Shown: positions 48,201-56,272 of the stretch, one piece after another | How positions within the stretch are numbered: position 1 is the first letter of the stretch | How the letters are laid out: every line of letters begins with the position of its first letter | Source of the DNA: a virus | DNA: 64,000 nt | IMG/VR virus record: IMGVR_UViG_3300042383_000546 | Location: 20,230-84,229 of that record | Direction: 5' to 3' (one strand) | Notes under the pieces: model-generated | The model's database searches: none | What the model was told of the DNA's origin: nothing | Seen by the model: the letters and a program-made list of their open reading frames with translations, nothing else | Position numbers and translations under genes: made by a program

Positions 48201-49363
48201 GTTTCCATAGGTCTGAATCTACTACTTGCACTTACAACTTTACCAAAATCAGTAGCACCACCATCTGCATACCTTATATCAGGATTTTTGGAATCAAAGG
48301 TAGTGTTTGTGCCATCTGCAAGTTTGATTTGATTTGATTGAAAAACACAATAATAGTCGTTACCATCTTCGTTAGGAACTCTAAACCCGTCATATTCTTT
48401 AGATATTTTAGGAGTATATTCATCAGTTACATACATATTTTTTATATTCAAAAAACATTGTAAATTTTTATCCCCCCAAATATGTCTCACTGAAAAATAA
48501 AATCTTGGTTCAATTTTCCTTAAACCATATTGTTTAGTATACTCATCGAATTCTTCGTCAGTTCTATTTCCTCTAAATTCTTTAATAGCTTTGCCATTAA
48601 CATATTCAACTGCATATGGCATAAATTCATAGAATAAATCTCCGCTTGTTCCATGATACACTACTAACGGCTCTCCGTTTTCGTCTACAACCTTTGAGGC
48701 ATTTTCGGGGTCATTTTCCCAATCCCCAAACCATGATTTGAACTCAGGGGTACGGACTAAATGCCATTGTTCGTGATTTAGATTGCTTGGCTTACCATTT
48801 GGAGCTAAATGCTTTGACATATCCCCGCCTAAGTGATACTCACCAATCGGTTCAGGGTCATAAAATGTTCTGTTATCAAACCCGCATTTGTGACAAATGT
48901 ATTTATCAGATTCATCAGAATCAGAGGTATTCCAATGCCACCCACAATTAACGCAAGTGATTTCTTGACCTACAGAACCGCCTTTTTCCATTAAGTCATC
49001 GTCCTGAACGTATGCAGCTTTAACCTGCTGACCTGCCTTCTTTTTAAGGAATTTATTTACTCTTGCAAATCCCCATGCTTGTCTGCTATTTGGAGCTCCA
49101 CCTGTAATTGTAGGTCTGTGAGAAGTAGAATAAGCACCCATACCTCTACGCATAACTGCTTTTAGGGTTGCAACGCTTACCTTATTTTTTGGGTGACTTT
49201 CGTTGTAATCTTTTGCCTTTTGGCTTAAAGTACCTAATATGCTTTCACTTAGTTCAATTCCTTTGGCTGAGGCTTTAGAACTAGCACTTCCGACCTTGTT
49301 TTTGTCAGAGCCATAAATTCTGTCTTTTTTAGGAGCAGGGGTTTTTGATAGGCTTTTCGGCAT
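45263..49363 (-). CDS. Polyvalent protein (1366 aa): DUF5824-like, Zn ribbon, ADP-ribosyltransferase (ART-PolyVal), DUF5661-like, GNAT-like and HxxGG/EGGE domains separated by xxxGG motifs
   Basis: RRGMGAY..SHRP..WGFARVN; CVNC..CHKC; FKSWFGDW..GEPLVVYHGT..NQIK; QLRKG..ESEH..IALQHL.E..DYYEKL; YYEKFGF. Confidence 0.8.
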   Translation of the reverse strand: MPKSLSKTPAPKKDRIYGSDKNKVGSASSKASAKGIELSESILGTLSQKAKDYNESHPKNKVSVATLKAVMRRGMGAYSTSHRPTITGGAPNSRQAWGFARVNKFLKKKAGQQVKAAYVQDDDLMEKGGSVGQEITCVNCGWHWNTSDSDESDKYICHKCGFDNRTFYDPEPIGEYHLGGDMSKHLAPNGKPSNLNHEQWHLVRTPEFKSWFGDWENDPENASKVVDENGEPLVVYHGTSGDLFYEFMPYAVEYVNGKAIKEFRGNRTDEEFDEYTKQYGLRKIEPRFYFSVRHIWGDKNLQCFLNIKNMYVTDEYTPKISKEYDGFRVPNEDGNDYYCVFQSNQIKLADGTNTTFDSKNPDIRYADGGATDFGKVVSASSRFRPMETIVFDPPLVGLNGAKLISYTWSFQWDTSFTKSEGEAISKRVSDWTQADISAETGRDIVHKYTIQMPNGDLKVVSSDSVPILLGYTDRAQKSSFPNLSNAAKTLAKQKLQLSIIEAKAKEKADAIAEIVAKGIPEVRIEEGGFRGYKFIIGDSVCLGDDPNDKERLECPKDGYIKNRLKEMGIDVYKDYNTYDLKNRIERQERKIKDILNGKTTAEMGMEIPSQHDLMKMELGLELFKPSKTIEQIAKEKDVPLDYAEEQLRKGMKTESEHSDNPIVQETIALQHLDEMIDYYEKLEYMESQNKMAKGDLLDNSLFNKALIYKSIKPIRQANEIIERLDYMEIQNKMANGGVTEFYKEYQDWYKGGVSDKMTIMVSIPNAFSKMSSEDNHVILDLFEKRYESVDGKEKLKELLELADKNEIDVYLEPIPRHNKIKDEAKKEKITREYLISYYEKFGFELLPNGFMVRKHKNNKMEKGGYYKAGGEINPDDKSVKDYFSHGSGNVGGVLVGKRHSEGGIKAVNKSTNQPLEMEGGEVVITRNAVSDDTKREFEGKMMTNREILSKINESGGGVSFADGGDIPESIYTSGKEYKYGGKMMKDHEIVSSCGCKHSMAEGGITGDLHSLTNQLLAQKIEIFIKKVQPIKFYYIDEDSNSLIIGLDENYTTSMAEKLHKEATSSAEFFDADSVNMEYNQNTGHAQYSIKLKKVAKFGKGGKVKGKLSAELIHIENATEYYKNDSLIKPTKEQKLNWEIFGLPDGVEKIEQKFETTIDEFYGNTKKDIENQYNQKLSSEYYDYLGSNPQIILKYNNKMAEGGETDYQTELKNHLFPKVEVEVEVEIEPEMEEMMVNEHYITADDLGLSDGMPMLAVGTIVYSSGGNDQWEVVSFSDDGVNLVNKPKSPLQSKMEDKHLTFEELIKYFKDKAISIKNISTERELEPAIALVKNKIPQKSYAMGGFIDGDEDEDARIMQSQFGKSNFK

Positions 49364-49459
49364 TGAGAAAACTTTTTTTGAAAAATAAGGAAAAAATTTG
49401 TATAAAATTAGTACTTATATTTGTATCTCAATATTTTTTAACCCCAAAATTCAAAAATC

Positions 49460-49576
49460 ATGTTTCAAGGATTTTTCGACATTAAAAGCGACAAGTGGCT
49501 TGGTGGTGTTAATGTACACAATACATTAGCTCTAATCGGCATTGGCTACCTAGTAGTTAAGGCTTGGAAAAAGTAA
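49460..49576 (+). CDS. 38-aa single-TM protein (not in ORF track), divergent from the polyvalent genes
   Basis: MFQGFFDIKSDKWLGGVNVHNTLALIGIGYLVVKAWKK; TATATTTG at ~49416 upstream and hairpins downstream. Confidence 0.6.
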   Translation: MFQGFFDIKSDKWLGGVNVHNTLALIGIGYLVVKAWKK

Positions 49577-49610
49577 TTGCTCCCCTGTGGGGGCTGACTT
49601 TCGCAGAATA

Positions 49611-49646
49611 GACCCGTTTTTCGAGAGATTGACGGGTTTATTTTTT
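49611..49646 (+). terminator. Terminator-like hairpin
   Basis: GACCCGT...ACGGGTT followed by a T-run, at a convergent junction. Confidence 0.55.
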
Positions 49647-50877
49647 ACCCTAACCTCTTAATATCGTCTGAGAATCCTTTTGATATTGAATGCCAATCTA
49701 GACTCTTAACATACTTCAAAGCCTTTTCTTTTATCAATTTTTGGTCTAGTGCGTTACTACGCTTATCTTTATCTACCTGACTAATCACTTCGGCTATTTC
49801 ATAGATATTACACTTCCAACGTATGATATTATCAATATTGTGAACGTCAGGGGATAGTTCCTCTAAATAGTAGCACCTTTCACCACTCTTACCCCCTAAT
49901 TCTCCAAAAGAAGTGTGTCTAGGCATAATTACGGGTGTACAAGTTGCCATAGCCTCCGTAACTGTAAGTTCCCAACCCCCACCTGTTGCTGTGGTGATAA
50001 AGCAATCTGAGGCATTATATATCTTATTAAGGGTTTCTACACTAGCTCCTTTATTGTAATCTTCTTCAGAAGGAAACATATAATCTACACCCTCTACAAG
50101 TGGAGTTTGCTGCATTACCCTCTTTAAGTCCCAACCTAAAGGGTCTTTTGGATTCATGTGCAGATATAAAAATGCGTTTTCGTTAAATTGCTTCTTGTAT
50201 TCCAAAAAGCCAAATATGGTTGTAGGTATATCCTTTCTAGGTTGATTTCTATTGATATTCGTAACAATAAACTTATCAGAATTGCTACCAAAATATCTAT
50301 TCCTGAATACTTGAATTTCAATTTCAGGCATGAGAAAGAAGTCTTTCGTGTTTGTACCATGTGGCACAACCTTCACTTTTCCCTTCAAATCAGGTCTTTG
50401 AATAAGCACCTCTTTACGTCCAAATTCTGTGTAAGTAGCTAGAACGTCAAAAAATTCAAGTCCAACACATAGGTTTGGTACAAGTGTAGAATCTACAGGA
50501 AAATACAATATTGATTTAAAATTTGGCTTATTAGCTAGTCTCTTTTCCTCTTTAAACTTCTTTAAGTGAGGTACTAAACCAATAGTAACACCCAAGTCTT
50601 GAAGTATAAATAATACGTCATAGTCATTATCAAGTACTGATTTAAGGAAGGTATATCTACCAAAATCGTCCTTTTGATTGTCCGTAAGTTTAGCTGAAAT
50701 AATACGAGTTCCGTCCTCTTCTGTATAAGGGTCTCCAAAATAGTTAATGGCTACAATATCGAACTGAGCCTGAGCTCCTAATTGCTTTTTCCAATTCTGC
50801 ATTAAATTCTTTGATACAGATGCAAACCCCGTAAAGCAGTTGTAATCAAAAAGGCAAAGTACTTTTATTTGTTTCAT
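49645..50877 (-). CDS. GT4-family glycosyltransferase
   Basis: TGFASV, PHG, NRNQPRKD, GGGWELTVTEAMATCTPVI. Confidence 0.85.
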   Translation of the reverse strand: MKQIKVLCLFDYNCFTGFASVSKNLMQNWKKQLGAQAQFDIVAINYFGDPYTEEDGTRIISAKLTDNQKDDFGRYTFLKSVLDNDYDVLFILQDLGVTIGLVPHLKKFKEEKRLANKPNFKSILYFPVDSTLVPNLCVGLEFFDVLATYTEFGRKEVLIQRPDLKGKVKVVPHGTNTKDFFLMPEIEIQVFRNRYFGSNSDKFIVTNINRNQPRKDIPTTIFGFLEYKKQFNENAFLYLHMNPKDPLGWDLKRVMQQTPLVEGVDYMFPSEEDYNKGASVETLNKIYNASDCFITTATGGGWELTVTEAMATCTPVIMPRHTSFGELGGKSGERCYYLEELSPDVHNIDNIIRWKCNIYEIAEVISQVDKDKRSNALDQKLIKEKALKYVKSLDWHSISKGFSDDIKRLG

Positions 50878-50914
50878 GTTTATTTTTTGTAAAGTAATTA
50901 ATTTTAATTGTTTT

Positions 50915-51640
50915 TTACGGTATTAAATTTGAATCTAAATATGATACCAAAGTTCCTTCATTTAAATAAAATGGATATTTGTTAGCAGCTTTACTCCTAC
51001 AAAATCCGTTCATATAAGTCATCCTATCCTGTGGGGACATATTCGGCTCACTGCCATGTACAATCTTTACAGACCAAATCAATACACTTCCTTTTGTTGC
51101 AGTATACTTTGTACCTTTTCTACCTTCTCTATTGAATATTCTAAGATTTGAAGGAGGCTCAATTATTGATTCTTTATGTGAGCCATCTATAAACTCTATT
51201 GCTCCATTTTCTTCAGTTATGTCATCTACAGCTATGATTGTCTGAAAATAGTCATCCTCTACGTCTTCGTTGAAAATATTTGACTCTCTAAACATGATGT
51301 CCTGATGCCATGCGAATTGGTCATTATCACCTGCCTCTCTGAAATATATTTGATTATTAATTTGTCTAACGTCTTGTCCAATAAACTCTTTAACTAAGTT
51401 TACCATTCTGTCATCTACCCTTATCTTGTTTAGATACGAATTACATAAAGCAGGGAAAAATATTAGACTTCTTTTATTATAAGCGGTCTGTGATGGTTGG
51501 TGTGGATAGCCTGAATTTGTAATATCTATATCATTTACGCTGTATGCTTGTCTTTTAATTTCAGAACACTCTTCAGATGTGAAGACATTAGGTATTACGA
51601 CAATTCCATTTTTCTTGTATAGGTCTTTGTATTTTTCCAA
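50915..51640 (-). CDS. PhyH-family 2OG-Fe(II) dioxygenase
   Basis: YKKNGIVVIPNVF, WHQD, DDITEENG...GSH, VHGS. Confidence 0.88.
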   Translation of the reverse strand: MEKYKDLYKKNGIVVIPNVFTSEECSEIKRQAYSVNDIDITNSGYPHQPSQTAYNKRSLIFFPALCNSYLNKIRVDDRMVNLVKEFIGQDVRQINNQIYFREAGDNDQFAWHQDIMFRESNIFNEDVEDDYFQTIIAVDDITEENGAIEFIDGSHKESIIEPPSNLRIFNREGRKGTKYTATKGSVLIWSVKIVHGSEPNMSPQDRMTYMNGFCRSKAANKYPFYLNEGTLVSYLDSNLIP

Positions 51641-51661
51641 AGTAATTAATTTTAATTGTTT

Positions 51662-52441
51662 TTATCTATGGCAAAAAGCACCACAACTTACCTCTTTTTT
51701 CAATGATTTGTATAGTTTTTCAATATCAGGAAACATTAATTTTTCGTTTTCGCAATCAATCATTAAATCCCTGAGCCTCTTTCCATTACCCATAATTGAG
51801 TAGAATTTTTTTCTCTTGTCTTGTATTTTCTCTTCAAATTCCAAAACTTCCATAAACTCATTATAGTTCAAATGGAACATAGCTTTGTACTCTTTTTCAC
51901 TTTTGAAGAAACACATTCTACAACCCCCTCTCATCATATAAACAGGGAAGTTTGGGTGCATACCATGTTGTTTTAAGATTTCCTCACAGTCATTCCTATC
52001 GTAACCATCTGCAATCAAAGGATAACTATATTTCACATTTGGCATAGCCTCTAAACTACCTGTTCTTCCTTGTTCATCAAAATTAAACCCAATCATTAAC
52101 TCACATTCTCCTTGCTCCTTTAAGTATTTATCTATGGGTGCTGCTTTGAAATAATTGGTACAAAACCTCATTTGTTGGCTTGGCATAACTTTACAAGCTA
52201 CTATCAAGTCCTCTAAACTTGTATATAGCTCATTTTTATACATTTTGCCACCTAGTATTCTAACTAAATTGAAATCACCCCTATGAAAGTCTTTAAGATA
52301 TTGTTCTACTTTATCTATTCTTTCATACATTTCTTTATGTTCTGCACCTGTATCACACCAAATGGCAGTTGCTCCTTTTCCGTATAGGAGACACATGGTA
52401 GTGCTTTCAACACCGCCACTAAACGATATATACTTTTTCAT
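51662..52441 (-). CDS. PAPS-reductase-family (PP-loop) protein
   Basis: ISFSGGVES, DTGAE, RFCT..FK, RGGCRMC. Confidence 0.85.
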   Translation of the reverse strand: MKKYISFSGGVESTTMCLLYGKGATAIWCDTGAEHKEMYERIDKVEQYLKDFHRGDFNLVRILGGKMYKNELYTSLEDLIVACKVMPSQQMRFCTNYFKAAPIDKYLKEQGECELMIGFNFDEQGRTGSLEAMPNVKYSYPLIADGYDRNDCEEILKQHGMHPNFPVYMMRGGCRMCFFKSEKEYKAMFHLNYNEFMEVLEFEEKIQDKRKKFYSIMGNGKRLRDLMIDCENEKLMFPDIEKLYKSLKKEVSCGAFCHR

Positions 52442-52444
52442 GGT

Positions 52445-52624
52445 TTAATTGGTTTTTTTCTGTAAGGCATATGCCAAATCTATGATTGTTTTTTCTATTT
52501 CATCAGGGTCATATCCAACTCCAATACAAGCTGCAAGAAAGCTCTCGAACAAATCGTTTAGGTCTGCATCAGGCTTTTTTATAGTAACTGAGCTATCAAA
52601 AGTTTCTATTGTGATTGTACCCAA
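52445..52624 (-). CDS. 59-aa hypothetical protein, TTG start (not in ORF track)
   Basis: MGTITIETFDSSVTIKKPDADLNDLFESFLAACIGVGY...; directly follows the junction repeat. Confidence 0.6.
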   Translation of the reverse strand: MGTITIETFDSSVTIKKPDADLNDLFESFLAACIGVGYDPDEIEKTIIDLAYALQKKTN

Positions 52625-52635
52625 AGTAATTAATT

Positions 52636-52824
52636 TTAATTGTTTTGTGCTAAATATCTTTTGTATGCTCTTTCGTATGCCTCTCTATTAAATTCTTCAA
52701 AGACATTCTCTTCATTTACACAATTCTCATAAGTCAGATAAAATACATCGTGGTCTCTTGTATACAGATATATTGTTCTTCGTAAAAAATTGTCTTTCAA
52801 ACTTACTTGGTATATAGTGTCCAT
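52636..52824 (-). CDS. Hypothetical protein
   Basis: 62 aa; stop codon lies inside the junction repeat. Confidence 0.55.
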   Translation of the reverse strand: MDTIYQVSLKDNFLRRTIYLYTRDHDVFYLTYENCVNEENVFEEFNREAYERAYKRYLAQNN

Positions 52825-53240
52825 TACCTAAAAATTAAATAGCCACCGCCAAGTCCTGCAATAAAAGTTCCCCATTTTGCAAGTTTCTGCCTTCTAGCTA
52901 TACTCCTTTGAAGTTTATACTTTTGGTCTAGGTTATCTAGCATCTTTTTGTAATTATCTATTGTATCTTCAAAACTCCACATCATTTTATTGTTAAGAGC
53001 ATCCTTTTCCCTCAAAAAAGTTATTATTGAGTCTTTTAGAACGATACGACCTTCAAGTAGGTTTACTTTCTGATTGGTTAAGTCAAGCTCCTCCTTTACT
53101 AGTTTACCCTGCTCTATTTTGACAATAGCAGCCTTTAGCTGTGAATTAGGCAGACAAGTTACTGAGTCATTTGAGGTCTGAGAAATACCTCGAAATGCTG
53201 TCAGAATTGTAATTACGAACAATATCTTTAGCTTTTTCAT
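52824..53240 (-). CDS. Signal-peptide coiled-coil protein with C-terminal TM, spanin-like
   Basis: Signal peptide, coiled coil, WGTFIAGLGGGYLIFR; overlaps its partner gene. Confidence 0.5.
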   Translation of the reverse strand: MKKLKILFVITILTAFRGISQTSNDSVTCLPNSQLKAAIVKIEQGKLVKEELDLTNQKVNLLEGRIVLKDSIITFLREKDALNNKMMWSFEDTIDNYKKMLDNLDQKYKLQRSIARRQKLAKWGTFIAGLGGGYLIFR

Positions 53241-53538
53241 ATTTTGGTTTTATGTCATTTATCTTTTTGTCTATAGCAGAAACCTTACTTATCAGCTCTC
53301 TTTCCATACATTCTATGGTCTCAATCTGCTTTTGCCTCTCTATAAGCTGTAGGGAAATGGAATCCCTTTCAGCCTTATAAAAGTCATTTTTACGGAGTAG
53401 ACTATCATTAATCTTCTCAATTTGTTTAATTTTATTTTTCAGGTCTTTAGTTCCTGTGTCAAATAGTCCAACGTACCCAATAACTACTATAATGATTACT
53501 AGGACGTAGGTAAGCCAATTTTGTTTTAATTTATTCAT
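53167..53538 (-). CDS. N-terminal TM coiled-coil protein, spanin-like
   Basis: TM plus heptad pattern. Confidence 0.5.
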   Translation of the reverse strand: MNKLKQNWLTYVLVIIIVVIGYVGLFDTGTKDLKNKIKQIEKINDSLLRKNDFYKAERDSISLQLIERQKQIETIECMERELISKVSAIDKKINDIKPKYEKAKDIVRNYNSDSISRYFSDLK

Positions 53539-53759
53539 AGTGTCTCTTCTTTTAAGGAATATAGCTCAACTGCTACCTTTTCGTCAAATTCATCTACAAA
53601 TTTCGTGCTGATTTTCTCATTTTCCATTCTTATTTGAAAGTAGGAAAACGGTTTATCCCCGAAAAAGTACTTTATGTATACAGCAGATTTCTCTACTATA
53701 TTACAGATAGTGCAGGTAGCAAGTCTGTTATTTATATTTATTTTTAATGTCCTCACCAT
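53535..53759 (-). CDS. Hypothetical protein
   Basis: 74 aa in operon. Confidence 0.5.
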   Translation of the reverse strand: MVRTLKININNRLATCTICNIVEKSAVYIKYFFGDKPFSYFQIRMENEKISTKFVDEFDEKVAVELYSLKEETL

Positions 53760-53937
53760 AAATAGCGTTGTGTTTTAACATCAATTCTCCTATTACGATA
53801 TTAGTACTTATTCCGAATAAAATCAAAAATGTAAAGTTCATTTCAGAAAGATAAGCCTTTTTGAAGTACGTTAAAATTAGGTAGGTACAGATAACCACTA
53901 TATTAAATACAAATAGGGCTATTAGAAAATATTTCAT
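53728..53937 (-). CDS. Two-TM protein
   Basis: Two hydrophobic segments. Confidence 0.5.
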   Translation of the reverse strand: MKYFLIALFVFNIVVICTYLILTYFKKAYLSEMNFTFLILFGISTNIVIGELMLKHNAIYGEDIKNKYK

Positions 53938-53942
53938 TTTGA

Positions 53943-54629
53943 TTATTTTGTGTTTGTGTCTATTGATATAACCACCGCTTCAGAAATTCCCTTTTCCTCT
54001 TTATTGTAAGGGACTGTATATACCTCTTCATTTGGCATTCCACCCCACTTTTTGATAAAGAGCTCCTTATTGTTTATGTAATTACCTAAAAGAGGGTCTT
54101 TAAGTATGGTTTGGGAGTTTAGGTAGACATCGGGGTTTAGGTCATCTTCGTATTTGATTTTGACACCTGCTAGTTTCATTCTGTAGGCATAGTCGTTATC
54201 TTCAAAATAGCACTTTTCAAAGTCTTCGTCAAACTTACCAACTGAGTCGTAAATTGACTTTCTAAGCACAAAAGAAGACCAATTATAAGCGGAACGGCAA
54301 ACCTGAAAGGTATTGTCATTTCCTTTTTTAAGCATCTTTTTTATTATGTCTTCGTCCTTTTGTAAGATTACGTCATCATTTAGAATCAAAAAGTTAGTTT
54401 CCCCGAAGTAAGAGGCATATGCAATCAGGCAGTTCCAAGACCTTGCTACTCCCATTGGTTCAGGGAATCCTAATATGGTAACATTTGGATTTGAGCTACC
54501 TAGCTCCTGCTTACCGCTGTCTACTACGATAATTCTAGTACTTGGATAGGCTTTCTCATAGTGGTCTAACGCTTGAACTAAAAGGTCTTTCCTATTAATT
54601 GTAGGAATAAGGATGCAGAAATTACTCAT
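53943..54629 (-). CDS. GT2-family glycosyltransferase
   Basis: ILIPTINR, VVDSG, LILNDD, FDEDF..YFEDND. Confidence 0.88.
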   Translation of the reverse strand: MSNFCILIPTINRKDLLVQALDHYEKAYPSTRIIVVDSGKQELGSSNPNVTILGFPEPMGVARSWNCLIAYASYFGETNFLILNDDVILQKDEDIIKKMLKKGNDNTFQVCRSAYNWSSFVLRKSIYDSVGKFDEDFEKCYFEDNDYAYRMKLAGVKIKYEDDLNPDVYLNSQTILKDPLLGNYINNKELFIKKWGGMPNEEVYTVPYNKEEKGISEAVVISIDTNTK

Positions 54630-54638
54630 GGTTTTGTT

Positions 54639-55256
54639 TTAGTATTTATTAAAATTTTCTCTATGTCTTCTATAATATAATAGCCCCTGACTTACATGGC
54701 TTACATTTGCTCCTGCCACTTTTAGTTTATTCCAAAGGTTCAGGTCTTCATCAGTTCTAGGTGAAGTTCGGTTATGTTCATATCCCCCTACGCTTAAAGC
54801 CAATTTTACGTCATACATCATACTTCCATGATGCTGACCCTTCCTTGACCAATACCAATCCCCAAAGTGAAGATTTACCTCTCTTGGATAAAACGTCCGA
54901 ATTTCGTCTCTGAGCTCACCCGTTACCACTATGTCACAAACTATTACGTCTGTCTTCTCTTTAGATAGCTGCTCTAGGGTATCAGGTCTAAGCCAATTAT
55001 CAGCTCCAACAAAAATAACCATATCTGTCGTAACTCTCTCTAACATATCTTGAAAATTTGCCACTACACCCAAATTATTTTCTCTAAGTACAAATTCTAC
55101 TTCGGGGTATATTTTAATTAGATGCTCACAATCCCCTGCTCCGTCATCTACGAAAAGAATCGTATTGAATTTCTTAGTCTGACATAATACGGATTCTATA
55201 CAATTAGCTGCCAAGTGACCATAATGGTATGAGGCTATTACACAAGTATATGTCAT
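54639..55256 (-). CDS. GT2-family glycosyltransferase
   Basis: CIESVLCQT, VDDG, GADNW, VGGY..EDLNLW, YYRRH. Confidence 0.88.
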   Translation of the reverse strand: MTYTCVIASYHYGHLAANCIESVLCQTKKFNTILFVDDGAGDCEHLIKIYPEVEFVLRENNLGVVANFQDMLERVTTDMVIFVGADNWLRPDTLEQLSKEKTDVIVCDIVVTGELRDEIRTFYPREVNLHFGDWYWSRKGQHHGSMMYDVKLALSVGGYEHNRTSPRTDEDLNLWNKLKVAGANVSHVSQGLLYYRRHRENFNKY

Positions 55257-55513
55257 AATTTATCAATTATTGTTCTTACCTGTTTCCAATGGTCTGAGTC
55301 AATACCATGTTTTAATAGCTCTCTATTATATGATTCAGCAATATATTTAGCCATATCCTTAACAGCCCTATCAATATTAATTTCAGGTATTAAGTTTAAA
55401 TTATGAGGGAAACATCCCCATGTACCTGTTTGAATTATAGACCTACAATCTCTTAATAAGATTAAAGCATCTTGATTAGGTGTAAATTCCATGTCATTCT
55501 GTTTCATTGTCAT
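55253..55513 (-). CDS. Hypothetical protein
   Basis: 86 aa in operon. Confidence 0.55.
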   Translation of the reverse strand: MTMKQNDMEFTPNQDALILLRDCRSIIQTGTWGCFPHNLNLIPEINIDRAVKDMAKYIAESYNRELLKHGIDSDHWKQVRTIIDKL

Positions 55514-55763
55514 GATATTGTAAGTATTGATTATAGGCTTTAGGGTTCTCGTTCTTTAAGTGCTCTAATGAATTAAGGATTCTGTCCATTTTCTTATTAT
55601 TAATATAAAGCTCATGGGCTAAAGAATCTACTATATCATTTTGATTATGGATAGTTTTCTTAATCTCTCCGTTCTGTAACGCTAATACGATAACTCCTAC
55701 AAAAGCTATTGAGGATAAAAGAAGTACCCAAAGTACATTTTCTATTTTTTTTAATATTGTCAT
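55494..55763 (-). CDS. Single-TM protein
   Basis: N-terminal TM. Confidence 0.55.
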   Translation of the reverse strand: MTILKKIENVLWVLLLSSIAFVGVIVLALQNGEIKKTIHNQNDIVDSLAHELYINNKKMDRILNSLEHLKNENPKAYNQYLQYHDNETE

Positions 55764-56272
55764 AGGTATGGTCTGTAAATTTTATAACACCAATCTTGTT
55801 CAGAGGGGTTTTGACTACCTTGAGTTACACTCCAAGCCATTTCATATCCCGCCTCTTTAACGCAATCTATTACTAAATTATTGAATTTTCCATAAGGATA
55901 GGCAAAAAATCTCATTGGGAAAGGAGGGGTTATTTCCTGCATGATTTCACTTCTGCTGAGTTTGGTAAGGTCGGGGTGGGAAAAGGTATGCCAACCGATT
56001 TCAAAGTCTAAAGTGTCACGCATTTCGTAAATTTCGTCCCATGTGCAGTACTGCTCTAATTTGGGTACATGAGCTAAATCAAACTTGTTGTCCTTTCCTA
56101 CATAATCACCCATTACAAATAAAACACCCCTTTTACCAACCAAAGTGTCTCTATTGTCGTATACGTTTTTATAGATTCCGTCAAATCCTATCAGGTCGTT
56201 ACAAGCTAGTATCTGCTCCCTAGTGTGATAGTTCGAGTGGTTTTCAGTTCCAATATTGTGTGCTAGTACCAT
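55760..56272 (-). CDS. NodB-like polysaccharide deacetylase
   Basis: FD, EIGWHTFSHPDL, FAYPYG. Confidence 0.85.
   Translation of the reverse strand: MVLAHNIGTENHSNYHTREQILACNDLIGFDGIYKNVYDNRDTLVGKRGVLFVMGDYVGKDNKFDLAHVPKLEQYCTWDEIYEMRDTLDFEIGWHTFSHPDLTKLSRSEIMQEITPPFPMRFFAYPYGKFNNLVIDCVKEAGYEMAWSVTQGSQNPSEQDWCYKIYRPYL

Noticed and set aside
36440-49363. CRISPR array or DGR interpretation of the repeated CCACCTTTAGCCAT sequence
   Set aside because: The repeats are in-frame, degenerate at codon level and irregularly spaced at 150-600 bp; no cas or reverse transcriptase gene is visible
52449-52691. 80-aa + strand ORF
   Set aside because: It is antisense to a better 59-aa minus-strand gene that starts right after the junction repeat
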